Source: Felis catus | Taxonomy: Eukaryota | NCBI RefSeq assembly: GCF_018350175.1 | Contig: NC_058368.1 | Coordinates: 45,572,001 to 45,636,000, forward strand | DNA: 64,000 bases | Direction: 5' to 3' | Shown: positions 50,554 to 63,774 of the stretch, one piece after another | Layout of the letters: the number at the start of each line of letters is the position of its first letter | Numbering within the stretch: position 1 is the first letter of the stretch | Made by a program: the position numbers and the translations under genes | Notes under the pieces: model-generated | The model's database searches: none | The model's input: only the letters and a program-made list of their open reading frames with translations | Told to the model about the DNA's origin: nothing

Positions 50554-52294
50554 GGAAGACAGAGCTGATTTGAATATCTAAAGCATTATAAACTTCAATA
50601 AGAACAACCAACACTGTTTGAGCTTTCAAGGCACTTGCATTCAAATGAGAAAGATTTAAAAAGGATACGATTTTTAAAATGCTTTGAAGCTTCCTATTAA
50701 AGGTCTTAGGCAGCTCAAGGTTAAAATAAATATTGGATTTAAGGTGGGTAAGAAAAGATTTAGAAGCAATTTAAAGTAGAAATCACTTAGCAGTGAAATA
50801 GAATGAATGTTTATAGTTAGTGTAATTGTCACCTGACCTTCAAAAAACAAAGAACCACTTTATACCAGTCTCAAGAATGAAAAAAAACTTCAGCAAAGCA
50901 AGACACAACAAATTTCTACTCTACTCATTCCTTATGATTAGAGTAAATTATGACTCAAAATATTTTTCCAGGAAAAATAAATGCCCCCCCTCCCCGCCCC
51001 GGCAGTGAGCTAAATTTAAATATTGGAAACAATAAAGATCAAAGAACCTGCTGATGCATTAAACTATGGATTATAATGAAATAGCATTGTATAAAGTGTC
51101 CTTTTTAAAACAGGGACAGTTCATAGATATCTCATCCCATTTGTGCCAAATAGGGGAACAAAAGCTGTTACTAAATGTGTTAGAGAGTCTCAATAGTTCT
51201 GAGATACTGACTGGTGGGTTTGGGGTAATTTTTCTATCTTCTGATCAGGAGAATAAAGTAAACACCAAAAAAACAGCCTCTTGTATCAAAAGTACTTTTT
51301 AAATGATCTAAAAGTCGCTGATGTGAATAACGTAAGGATATTCTTTTGTGAGATCTATATGCATATACGGTTTATTATAAGCACTTCTATGTGGCGCCAT
51401 GCATAGTTAACAGTACAACTACCATAAAAACTAGATAAAAAGACATATGGTATAGAAAGAAACGGAGTACAGGCCTTCCCTCAAACAAAAGAGTAATGGT
51501 TTAACAGTCTGATGAGAAATTACTTATAGTTGTCTCCCAAGATTTGAAAAAATCGTTCATGCAAAGACTCACCTCTCAAAGAAAGTCACTGCTAATTTTC
51601 CCATTTCCCATTTGAGGACTGCAGTGAGAAGGTATGTGACTCAAAATTCTGCTGCACCAGCCCATCACTTCAGTATTAACCTAACAAATATGGGAGTTTT
51701 ACAGAAAAGCATCTGCAACAAAGTCTTCATTGCTAGGCTGGATATATTAATAAAACACCTTTATTTCTACGATTTAAAAGGTGACGAAAAGGTTCTCTTC
51801 AAAGCGTTTGTAATTAATCTCTTTTAAAACACCAGTGTGTACCTTCAGGTACACATTGATTATTATACATATTTGGAAATTAATTTACTTACCAATAAGC
51901 ACGTTTCTTTTTGAAAGAACCTTTTCAAAAGGTGAGGATTTTCAGATGGACCCCAAATCAAATATGATTGGAAAATACCTTGGAAAAGTCAAGCAAATAG
52001 GAGTGAAAATAACAGACTGAAAGATACATGTGAAGCCCTTGACTTACAGAAGTTAATTTTAATGACACAATGAGAAGATTTAGGCCTTGACCAGAGGTAT
52101 GTTGCCTTTTGCCACTTGTCATACATATTACATTCAAAATTCATACATATCTTGAGCAAACAGAATGCCATATTATTGGCTGCTTTATCTGTAACCAAGG
52201 ATAAATCAACATGAGTAACTAAGTGCCACATGCTTTCTTAGGTCCTCCCCCTATACTAGCCATTTTGTTACAGCAAACTTGGAAAGAAGAAACT

Positions 52295-52430
52295 ATAATT
52301 TTCATCACCCTTCCTATTATAGATGAGAAAACAAAGACCTAAAAAGTGGCAAAGAAGCCTGACCAAGGTCAGAGAGTAAGTGTTTGAAATGAGATTTGAA
52401 ACTAGATAGTTTGGCTGTGGAGACCACATT
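52295..52430 (-). mobile_element. MIR fragment
   Basis: TATAGATGAGAAAACAAAGAC...CCAAGGTCAGAGAGTAAGTG...GATTTGAAAC. Confidence 0.7.
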
Positions 52431-52696
52431 CCTGATTATAGGTACAATTTTCCCAAAAAAGCATTCAAAGTATATATGTATTATTTCATAGAATGATTTT
52501 TGAATCTTATTTCCAAACTGTTTCTCTCCCATCTTCCTTTCTTCGCTCTCCTTCCCCTTCCCCGTGTGCACATGCACACATGCAAATTATTGACAGACAT
52601 ATAGCAATAGCTTTTTCCCTACTTGTCACACAAACAGGACAGTATGTGTATGAGCTATTATCTGCTTTTGAAAACACCTACTGCCACCCAACCAAG

Positions 52697-55410
52697 GGGG
52701 ATTTCTGTGAGGTATGCAAAGCTGATTCACCTTTCAAAAAACTCAATTGCTATTATCTATCTCATCAATAGGCCAGAGGAGAAAAATGACATGATCATAC
52801 CATAAATGCAAGAAAAGCATTTGATAAACACCTATTCATGTGTAGAAACTATCAACAGTCTAGCAGAATAGGGAGGAGCATCCCTGACTTGGTAAAGACA
52901 TCTACAAAACAAAAACAAAAACAATCACTCAGATCATCCAGATCCTCCTTGACTTACAATGGTGTTATATCCTAATAGACCCATCACCAATTAAACATAC
53001 TATAACTTGAAGATGTCAAGGAAAAGATCAAAATTCAAATTCTGAAGTACAGTTTCTACTGAATGTGCATTGTCTTTCACACCACTGTAAAGTTAAAAAC
53101 TTGTCAGTGCCACCAGTGTAAGTTGGGGACCATTTGTACTTGATGAGAAACAAAGATTTCCTACTAAAATCAGGAGTAAAGTAAGGATTTCCCTCTTTCA
53201 CCACAACTTTTCAATATTATACTTGAAGTTCTAGCAAAATACCATAAGGCAAGAAAAAAGGAAATGAAAAACTTACAGACTGGAAAAGAAGACAAAACTG
53301 TTTGTTCACAAATGACATGATCATTTATGTAGAAAATCTGAAAGAACCAACAAGAAAAATACTCCTGAAACAAATTAGCAATTACAGCAAGGTTGCAAGA
53401 TATAAAGGTAATATACGAAAATCCATGACATCTCTATATACTAGAAATGAACAAGTAGGATTTGAAACTAAAAACACAGTATCATTTACATTATCAACCT
53501 CAAAAATGAATTGGATATAATTTAACAAAATATGTACAAGATTTATATGAAGAAAACTGCAATACTCTGATGAAATAATCAAAGAATAAATAAATGGAAA
53601 GCCCATGCTCACAGATAGGAAGACTCAGTATTGTCAGGATGTCAGTTCTTCCCAACTTGAGCTACAGATTCAAAACAATTTCCATCATAATGCAAGAATA
53701 TTGTTTTGTGCATATCAACAAACTAAATCTAACCTGTACATAGAGAGGCAAAAGACCCAGTGTAGTCAACACAATATTGAAGGAGAACACGGTCAAAGGA
53801 CTAATACTACTCAATTTGATGATTTCTTATAGAGCTAGAGTAATCAATAGTGTAGTATTGGTGAAAGAAGAGCATATAGATCAATAAAACAGAATAGAGA
53901 GACCAGAATTAAATTGTTTTAAGTTCAGTCAACTTATTTTTGACAAAGGAGTAAAGGCAGTATGATCAAGATAAGACAGGTTTTCAACAAATGGTGCTGG
54001 AACAGTTTTATATCCAAAAGATAAAAAAAGAAATGTTTACAAAATAAATCTAGGCATAGACTTTTCATAAAAATTAATTCAAAATGGGTCACAAATATAA
54101 ATATAAAACACAAAACTATAAAACTCCTAAAAGGTAACATCTGAGAAAACCTAGATGACCTTGGGTTTGCCAATGGCTTTATGACTCAAAAGCATGATCC
54201 ATAAAATTAAATAATTGGTAAGCTGGACTTAATTAAAATTAAAAATTTCTGCTCTGTGCAAAACATTGTCAAGAGAATAAAAATTTGCCACAATCTAAGG
54301 AAAAAAAAAATGCTTGCAGGAGATATATTTGATAAAGGACTATTATACAAAATATACAAAGACTCTTAAAATTTAATAACAACCTGATATAAAAATGGAG
54401 AAAACACCTTAACAGACACCTCATCAAAGAAAATATACAGATAGAAAGTAAGCATATAGGAAGATGCTACACACGATAGGTGAATGGGGAAATGGAAATT
54501 AAACAAGATAGCAGTATACACTTAATAAAAAGACAAAAATCGGAAACACCAAAAACACTAAATGTTGGCAAGGATGTGGAGTAATAGAAACTCTCTCATT
54601 GTGAGCAGCAATGCAAAATGGTATAACCATTTTGGAAGCCAGTTTGAGGATTTCTTTCAAAACTAAACATTCTAACCACATAGTCTAGTAATCATGCTTT
54701 CTTGTATTTACCCTAAAGTGGTTCAAAACTTATATTCTCTCTCACACGTGCGCGCACACACACACCCACCCACCCACCCCTGCATATAGCTGTAATGCTT
54801 TTATTCATAAATGGCCAAACTTGGAAGCAACCAAGATGTAGGTAAATGGACAAACAGTGGTGTTTCCAGAAAATGAAATATTACTCAACACTGAAAATAA
54901 ATGACATATCAAGCCATGAAAAGGCATGGTGGACACTTAAATGAATATTACTCAACAAAAGAAGCCAGTATGAAAAGGCTACTTTTTACTGTATGATTTC
55001 AACTATTTGACATTCTAGAAAAGGCAAAACTGTGGAGATAAAAAGATTAGTGGTTGCCAGAAGTTAAAGGGGAAGGAAATGAATAGGAAAAGGAGAGAGT
55101 TTTTAGGGCAATGAAAGTACTCTGCATGACAATGTAATGGTTGATACATGTTGTTATACATTTGTCCAAACCCATAGAATGTATGACACCAAAAGTGAAC
55201 CCTATTGGAAACTATGGACTTTGGATGATCATGCTGTGTCGATGTAAGTTCATCAGTTATAAAAAATGTAGCACTTTGGTGGGGGATGTTGATAATAAGG
55301 CAGGCTATGTATGTGTGGGGACAAAAGGTACATGGGAAATCTCTATCTTTCTCTTAATTTTGCTGCGAATTTACAAGAGCTCTGAAAAATTAAGCCTATT
55401 TAAAAAACAA
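52697..55410 (+). mobile_element. L1MC1-like LINE, 5'-truncated (RT region through 3' UTR), inactive
   Basis: ORF 53302-53520 (FTNDMIIYVENLKEPTRK...YSKVARYK) matches the L1 RT LFADDMIVYLENP...FSKVAGYK region; 3' UTR CATTTGTCCAAACCCATAGAATGTA...GTGAACCCT...ACTATGGACTTTGG. Confidence 0.92.
52939..53136 (+). mobile_element. MER47/Tigger5-type (TcMar-Tigger) element inside L1
   Basis: TIR-like ends CAGATCCTCCTTGACTTACAATGG and GTAAGTTGGGGACCATTTG followed by TA; internal GAAGTACAGTTTCTACTGAATG. Confidence 0.85.
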
Positions 55411-55496
55411 AAGTATGTGCCACTATTTTTTCCATAAATATATAGACATACATGTGATGAAGAGACCATAATAAAAGTTTTTTGATGATCTCCATT

Positions 55497-55818
55497 CTTT
55501 AGCTTCAATGTTTGTGTTCCCCTCAACCCATGTCCCCAAATTCATATGTTTAAACCTAATGGCCAATGTGATGGTATTCAGAGGTACTAAGGTCATAAGC
55601 TTCCACCTACATGAATGGAATTACTGCTTTTATAAAAGAAACCCCAAAGAGCTAAGTTGTCCTTTCCACCAGGAGAGGTTACCAGGAGATGTTGCCAAAC
55701 TGAAAGAGAGCTTTCACCTGCCCAGACTGGTACCCTGGTCTCAAGTTTCCAGTCTCCAATATTGAAGTAAATACATTTCTCTTATTTGTGGTATTTTTGC
55801 TATCAGCCAGAAGGAATG
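55497..55818 (+). mobile_element. MLT1A-like MaLR solo LTR
   Basis: AATGTTTGTGTTCCCC...CAAATTCATATGTT...AATGTGATGGTATT...TTTATAAAAGA. Confidence 0.85.
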
Positions 55819-58800
55819 CCATAAAAGTCCCAGCATTCTTCTAGACCACTCTATGTAATTATCCTCCACAAATCTAAGTTATTTGGAATAGTTGGGCAGC
55901 TTCTTGGTGAAACAGGGTGGTTGAGGGAGAAGATCACTACTTCCTCAGTTCAGTTGTAAAGACACGGCAACAAAGATATGTGTATAGGAATGGATGTATT
56001 TTCCCAAATGCTTTTTGCTTTTCTGTGAGGAGTATCAACATTTCTAAATAAGACTACGAGAGAAACAAACTATATGGAAATACCAGGTGATTATAAGAAA
56101 TGAGATGAAAATCCATCAAGTAATTATTCTGTACCCCAGCTAAAGTCATATAGTAGTTTTGAAAACTTCTCCCAGGAGAAAAAAATTTTAGTTTTGGAAA
56201 CCTATGAGAATATTAATACAAAATTAAGTTTACACTGGTACAATGATCATTCTTACTTTAAGGTTGGAGAAGTGCAGCAAATGTAGATACACTATTCAAT
56301 ACATTCCTTGATGATTTTTTATACACACATATCCCTTACATATTAAAAATCAATTACTGATGTGCAAGCTATAAACCAAAACATTAAATATTTTGGTTGA
56401 ACAACAGTGTGAGAAAAAAGGCTTTTTAGTGTACAGTGTAATAAGATACAAAAAATCAAATGTAACACAGATCTAATCTCATAGCTGCTGTTAATGGATT
56501 CTATTAATCAACCAAGTTACCTTAACTTTTTTGGGCCTCTTTTCTAGTTTTAATATTTCAGGTTTATCCATTTTAAATTCCAAAATTATAGTAACTTTGC
56601 TTTATAATCTTTTAAACATTATTTTATAAATTGTTCACATTTATAGGCTGTTGTATGTACTTTTTGTGTAATTTCTTCAGCTAATATTCTGCACTAGAGT
56701 GAAATACTCTTTGAAAATAAGGCTTAATTGTTCACATAATCTAAGGACTAGATTATATTTTAAGACTGATATTGTTAACTTCTCTTCTTTGCTCCCTAGA
56801 GATTATTTATGCTTAGCACTCTTAGTTTATCCTCATATCAATGGTTTCTCCCTACATTCACAACTTACATAGACTATAAAGATGACTTAACTGAAGTTGT
56901 ACTCAGAAACACTTCAAGGTGAAGGCATACCCCATGTTAACTTCATTTCTAAAGCAAAAATTGTTTCGATTTTATTTATTAAAATCAAGAAACAAAATTA
57001 TCGGCTCAAGTTAGCATTCAGCAGGCCTCTGTTGGTTCTTGTTTGCTTTAACTGGTAAGAGGACAATGGAGGCAAGAAAATACAAATCAAACAGCTTGCC
57101 ACTTCATTGTGAAAACAACTCATTTCGCTTGCAGTTGGGTTCTTAGCATTTACTGGAGAGTGTCTTTGTTCATTTGCCTTTATAATGTTTCCCTGTATCT
57201 CTCTTTTGGGCTTGTCAGCATCTCATTAAATTAGTTTTATATTGCATTTATAATGCAAAGAATTACTCCTTAATATACATTGACCAAAATTTAGAAACAA
57301 ACATAAATTGAAAGTAACAAAACTGTGATGAGAGGGAAAACATTTATTCTAAGGAAAATGATATATCATTTTTTTCAGTTTACTCACAAATATACTACCC
57401 ATTATAAAAATTCTTTAACTTTTAGAAGAATCAATTTTAGGTCTGTCAAGTTCTATGACATGAATGTTTATCTGCTTTTCCTGATTGCAGCTGAGCTCTT
57501 AGGGGAAAAACCAGTTTTCTCCAGGGATTTCAACTACTTTATTTTAATTAGGTCTTTTTTTAATGGACTTTTGCTTTTGGAATTAGCAAATGTAAGTGCT
57601 TTAAAAAAAAGTAAGATATAAATGCCATCATTTCTCAATTACTCCCAAGAATAGACAGAAGTTGTATAGATATTCCAGTAAAGGAGAAGATCCAATAATA
57701 ATTACTTTTGACTTTGAAATAGACTATGTTATGTTGTTTCCAGGCAAAAAGACTTTTTTAATCATACTTTTTCTAGTGTCATGTATTATTGGTTTGTATT
57801 TGTTAAATATACATGGGGGGGGGGTGGGAGAGCAGGTAGTCATTCCAATGTATATTATAGCTAGAATCCCATATGTAGGTTCCTTCACACAGTTAACCAT
57901 TAATGACGGGAATATAAATAGTAGCCATATTCAACCCAGGACTTACTGTTTTTGGTCTTAAAATGTTACTTTCATTATAGCACTGTAAGTAATAAAGGGT
58001 TGAATCCTTTCAAGGACACTCATATTCATTAAATGATTTCAGTTTCTCATAAAATAATTCTATAATTCTTTTTCAGGAGAAATGCATTTTAGCATTTAAT
58101 GAACCTCTCCATTAAAAAAAATTCTCCGTTATTTTTTATCTGTTGCATTCTATGACAAAGCTTACTAAAAACCATAATACAGTGAAGAGGCAAATTCAAC
58201 CAAAAGCAATCTTGTTTTATTATGTTCAAAAAAACGCTTTTAATACAACTTTGTTTTTGGAATCAGTTACAACAAATGCAATTTTCTACAGGGCTATTGT
58301 TCAGAATGATGAACCACATATATACACATCTGGCCACCTGAAAAGAGAATCCAGGAAAATTTGAAGATACTCCCACAGAAACAACATTTGATGAATAGAG
58401 CCTTTTATCATCTTCTCTATACTCCTACCAAAATGAAAGGGCAAAACATCTCTGAAAATTTGTAGAGCAGTCACATATTCATTGCAAACCACCACCAGAG
58501 ATGCTTAACAGAACACTATATCCTACCAACTTGTGATTGCAAACAAGTCAAAGGCTTATATTATGAACAATATCACCAGAAAACAGTAAACTTCATGATA
58601 TAAATGTCAGCTTGACATGATGTATTAGTGTGCCACCCCCAAATGTTATTCTTTAGACGTTGTGGCAGAGACTGTTCACTTCAGCAAAATATATAGGGAC
58701 TTATGACCTTTCGAATTTAACATACCACGGGGGACACTACCCAGTAACTATGAAAAAAAAAATTAACAAATTCTGGATTAGAACTCCAATACTAAAAAGG

Positions 58801-59827
58801 CATTAAATAAATGAAATTGCCCAGGGTTTTGGTGAGTTACAAGTTTTGGAGTCTCTGTATGAGAACTGTAACATAACTCATTATAGCTTCAGGCACTAAT
58901 AAGTTATGAGGCGCTCACATGTATGAGATAAACCCCATAACTTACTGAAGTCTATATCATCCCTTCATTATATCAAGGGACATGTGAAATAGCTGAAATT
59001 CAGCTCAAAACCCCGAAGTTCAGTAATAAAAGTGAATAGATCAGCACATCTATTGATTTTGCTGTCTTTCTTGTGCTTTTTGTTATCCTACTTCCCTTTA
59101 ACATCTGAAAGATTCTAGCATTTTTCTTCTGAGCTCCTTCCATGTTGGCATTTTAGGTATACTGGCAAACATCAAAATAAACTAGGTTTCTGTTTTGCTT
59201 TTCTCTCAAGAGTAATTATATTAGTCAGTCAAAAATCTTAGGCACTTTCTTCTTCTAACAAATAAAATGTATTACGTTACTCTAAAGGCAGAACTGTGGA
59301 GACAAATTTGAAATCCATACTCATATCATAATGTATGGTGACAAAAAAGAAGTATGGGAAAATAATATGGTGTATTTTAATAAAGGTATAAGGGCTGAGC
59401 TTTTTTGATTAATAAGGAACTTGAGAAATGAAATAAAAGAAATCAATCATTTAATAAAGCATCCTATATTCCTCACTTCTAAAGGATGCACATCTACATG
59501 TACCCAAACTTAAAAAAAAAAACACAACCAAAAAACCTGAATGACCATAGAAAGTCTATAAGCTCTGCATTTTTAGAGTGTAAAGTGAACTTGTGTACAT
59601 TGGGAAAAGGCAGCATAGATGATACTTCTATTAATCTAACAAGAGATAGTATAAAACCCATGAAGATAACAGATGAGGTTTGAATTTTTAAGAAAAAGAT
59701 CACAAGTGTGTGACTCAGAAAGACATTTTATCCATAAGTAAGAGTAAATGGAAATTTTTGCCTTTCTCAACAAATCTTTGTACAGTACTCGACATCAAAA
59801 TATAGGCATCAAAAAGATACAGATTTA

Positions 59828-60041
59828 GGGGCGCCTGGGTGGCTTGGTCGGTTAAGCGTCCGACTTCGGCTCAGGTCATGATCTCAGGGTCCGTGAGTTC
59901 GAGCCCCGCGTCGGGCTCTGTGCTGACAGCTCAGAGCCTGGAGCCTGTTTCAGATTCTGTGTCTCCTTCTCTCTCTGCCCCTCCCCTGTCCATGCTCTGT
60001 CTCTGTCTCAAAAATAAATAAACGTTTAAAAAAATAAAAAA
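59828..60041 (+). mobile_element. CAN-SINE (feline SINEC type), young
   Basis: Near-consensus body; TSD AAAAAGATACAGATTTAG. Confidence 0.98.
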
Positions 60042-61475
60042 AAAAAGATACAGATTTAGTGGAGAACCAAGATCAAGAAAAGTCTGGGCACAGATATTGT
60101 CATTGGCTTCCTGGAATGTATATGGTGGGAATTGTTAGTTAGGGAATACTTGGAGTTAGAAGCTTGAGAGGGCTTAAAGATGGGGAGCCCAATTCATGGA
60201 CCAGGAAGTCCAACATATTGTGGTTAAAAATAAGCCAAGGATTTTGAAAGTCAAATGATGAATGCTGAAGTAGAATCTGCATGAAATATATATCCACGGA
60301 AGCATAGCCATGAGGAAAGACTAAAGTTTTTAATGTCATATATATAAATCCCTCATTATTTTACAAAGAGAGTACATCTACCCCAATTACTACTTGAATA
60401 TAATTAACGCGTCAATGGATGACTCAGAACGTCACTGAAAAAGTACATAATTTGGGTATGTTTTTGGCATTAACATTTACTGTGACAAAAGAAAAAGTCA
60501 TCTGAATGAGTCTGGAGCAAACAGAATGGACTCCTTCAGGATGTTGTAATAGCTTTGGAAAATAATAGCACTAAATTAAAAATAGGTGATGTCCTTGAAG
60601 TTTAAAACTCAAAATAATTTTTTTCACGGAAAATCCTTTAAAACTTAAGACTTTAGTAAGTTCTTAAAAGTCTAATTCATTCTGTGTAGTTGCACTGTAC
60701 TATTAAAGGAACTACAGAATCTAACTCTCTCTTGTGCTATCTTTCATGAGAAGGTTTCCATGTTCTAACAAAGGAAAATAGAAAAGCTGAGGCTCAGTAT
60801 CCTCACCTAGGACCACAGGGAATAAAGTGTGTATCTGCAGAATACACTCTCCTTCCTTTGTAGAACAAAACTAAGTTACATAAACACAATTATCCACATT
60901 ATACCCAAAATGTAGTAGGATTAGATACAGTGAAGAGAGTTCATGGGTTAGGAGGTAGGATTGGACGTAAAGATGGCTGCTGATTATGGCAGCTTTCAGG
61001 GATTGGGTGCTCCAGTTGAAGGTGATTCTCTTTACAAGAACAAAGATTTCTGTTTATCATGGATTCTCGGACATGTTGCTTTGATTGGTAGTTAAGCAAG
61101 GACTTCGGTGGAACCAGGATGGATGTGTGACTCATGTTGAAAAAGAACAAGTTCAAGTGGAGAAAAGTATTCACATTTGCTTCTTAGGGATTTATTTTAG
61201 CAAGAGAGGTAGCACCAAGAGCTTCAGCACTCTTAGCACAAAGAATAGAGGTCTTTTCAAAGAAGAACTACAAACTTTGATATTCAACAGAGGCCTTTTA
61301 AGGGAACACTTATTTCTAAGGTAGAGGTCAACTTTTATCGTTATTGAGATGGAGAAAACTGAAAAGATGGGAATTTGTCAAGCATTAAAATGCCACAGAC
61401 ATATTTCTCTTCAGCAAAATCCCTTATTTATGCCAATATTTACATGTTAAAAGGAATAGAAACAAATGCTATTGG

Positions 61476-61606
61476 CAGGGTGACCATATATCCCCATTTG
61501 CCTAGAGCAGTCTCAGTTTAAATCTACTGTCTTCACATAATTATTAATCGCACCCCTTTAACTTCACAAGTGTCCGGGCTTGAACAGTAAACTACAGGAT
61601 CACTGA
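61476..61606. mobile_element. MER94-like hAT-Blackjack MITE
   Basis: CAGGGTGACCATAT...TAATTATTAATCGCACCCCTTT...AAGTGTCC, about 130 bp with decayed TIRs. Confidence 0.8.
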
Positions 61607-62281
61607 TTGGTAGATCTCAAAAGATACTAAAAGGACAGTTGAGATCTCCAGTTACCCTCCAACCACTACTGTAAGCCTACTAATGTGCTTTGGCTATCAA
61701 TTAACATTTCATCACTTTCAAATAATCCAGCACAAAGTATCATTTGTATCATGTTTCATTAGTTTTACCAGGATCAAGATAGGGCCACAAATATTTAGAA
61801 ATGGACAGGCAAAAATAAGAGAGGTCATTAAAATTCTTAATCAAAGAGCAAACCTTGGAAATGCAGTTCTCAGGATGAGGCACAGCCTAATCTTATCATT
61901 TGTACTCATCCAAGCCATCGTTCTCAGAAATATTTATGTGCTGCTACAGATAATGAAGAAGTTGATTTAATTGAAATTCTGGTATTTAATAAAAACAGCA
62001 GTTAAATAAAGTAAGATCTCATAACATCTACTCTGCCTGTTTGCGAGTAAAGGGACTCATTCTTTTGTGATTTTCTTCTCTGCAACACAACTTAATGTGC
62101 TATATAGTAATGTAGGATTTTGACACACAATAAATCATACATTTTATGATTAGGGAGGAAAATTTTGATCACACAAAACATAATAAAGTAATCTTCATGT
62201 CAACCAACACATTTTAAATAATATCTTTGTTTTCCGTTGGCTATTCTATTTTGATGACAGACCACCAAAAAGAATGTTGTT

Positions 62282-62490
62282 GGGGCGCCTGGGTGGCTCA
62301 GTTGGTTAAGCACCAACTTCAGCTCAGGTCATGATCTTGTGGTTTGTGAGTTCCGGCCCTGCATCAGGCTCTGTGCTGACAGCACGGAGCCTGGAACCTG
62401 CTTCAGATTCTTTATCTTCCTCTCTTTCTGCCCCTCCCCCGCTAGCGCTTGCTCACTCTCTCTCAAAAATAAACAAGCATTAAAAAAAAA
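62282..62490 (+). mobile_element. CAN-SINE
   Basis: Full body, A tail, TSD-like AAAAAGAAT. Confidence 0.97.
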
Positions 62491-62622
62491 GAATTGTGAT
62501 TGAGAGAGTGTTTATTTTAATAATAAACAGAAGAATGTCATGTCCAGTTACTTGCTTTGTGTTATATATCTTCTTCTTGGATTAATTTCTACAAGGCTTT
62601 CATAATTACTAATAAGAATATT

Positions 62623-62828
62623 AAATTTTTTTAAGGTTTTTATTTATTTTTGAAGGACAGAGAGAGCATGGGCGTGGGAGGAGCAGAGAGAGACACACAA
62701 AATTTGAAGCAGGCTCCAGGCTCTAAGCCGTCAGCACAGAGCCCAATGCAGAGCTCGAACCCACCATCTGTGAGATCATGACCTGAGCCAAGCCCAACGC
62801 TCAACCGACTGAGCCACCCAGGCGCCCC
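62623..62828 (-). mobile_element. CAN-SINE
   Basis: Full body ending CCACCCAGGCGCCCC; TSD-like AAGA(A/G)TATT. Confidence 0.96.
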
Positions 62829-62934
62829 AAGAGTATTTATTAAAGTTTATTCTACCCACATGCATTGTGCAATTATTGCACCAATATAAAAAGAAAAAAT
62901 TCACTCCTTTACTTACAAGCTTGCACTAGCTCCC

Positions 62935-63287
62935 TGCTATGGCCTGAATGTCTGTGTTCCCACCAAATTCATTCGTTGAAATGTTAAACCTGGAAATGAT
63001 GGTAATAAGAGGCAGGGTCTTTGGGATATGATTATATCATGAAGGCAGAGACCTCATGAGTGAGAGTAGTGCCTTTATAAAAGGGATCCTGGAGAGGTCT
63101 CTGCCTTATCCACAACATGAGAACCCAGTGGGAAGGTACCATCTATGAGGAAGCATGCCCTTACCAGACAGAGAATCTGCTGGTCCCAAGATACTGGACT
63201 TCCTAGTTTCTAGGACTTTGATAAATAAATATTTATAAGGTGCTCAGTATAGGGTATTTGTTACAGCAGCCCAAACAGCCTAAGGCG
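62935..63287 (+). mobile_element. MLT1A-like MaLR solo LTR, full length
   Basis: Starts TGCTATGGCCTGAATGTCTGTGTTCCC; ends GGTATTTGTTACAGCAGCCCAAACAGCCTAAGGC. Confidence 0.92.
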
Positions 63288-63292
63288 TTCTC

Positions 63293-63441
63293 CATTCACT
63301 TATTTTGACAGAGAATGCCAAGCAGGATCTGCACTGTCAGTGCAGACCCCATGAAGGACTTGATCTCACAAACTGTTAGATCATGACCTGAGCCAAAACC
63401 AAGAGTTGGAGGCTTAACTGACTGAGCCACCCAGGCTCCCC
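63293..63441 (-). mobile_element. CAN-SINE with deleted CT tract
   Basis: CAAGCAGGATCTGCACTGTCAG...ACTGAGCCACCCAGGCTCCCC. Confidence 0.92.
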
Positions 63442-63499
63442 TTATAAAGCACTTTAAAATTTGTACCACTACTAATAAACTAACTACACTGAACGGCTT

Positions 63500-63733
63500 A
63501 GTCACCCTCTCTCCAAAGTCATTGCATATGAACATGCTACTTCTTATTCCTGGAAGTCCCTCCTCCCTAAAAGTTTTCTCTACTTAGATAACTACTTTTT
63601 TTTTTTTCCCTTCTTTTCAGTAACAAATCAACGCAGTGCCACAGAAGTTTCCACAACCACTAATCCTCCATCCTCTGTATTTAGATACTCTTTCAATATC
63701 TTCTACAGTACCTCTGTTAGTACATGTTTCCAC

Positions 63734-63774
<41 letters not shown>

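Noticed and set aside
51590..51637. 15-nt microexon GACTGCAGTGAGAAG (51617-51631) with donor GTATGT
   Set aside because: The acceptor would be GAG, which is rarely used; no further support.
53302..53832. Reverse-transcriptase-like ORFs as an active or domesticated RT system
   Set aside because: These are broken L1 ORF2 remnants: catalytic FADD has decayed to FTND, there are frameshifts and stops, and a DNA transposon is inserted upstream.
63596..63735. Strong acceptor (poly-T...TTCAG) followed by a Ser/Thr-rich open frame
   Set aside because: Lies inside a decayed L2 3' end, has no good donor, and the frame runs into a (TG)n repeat.
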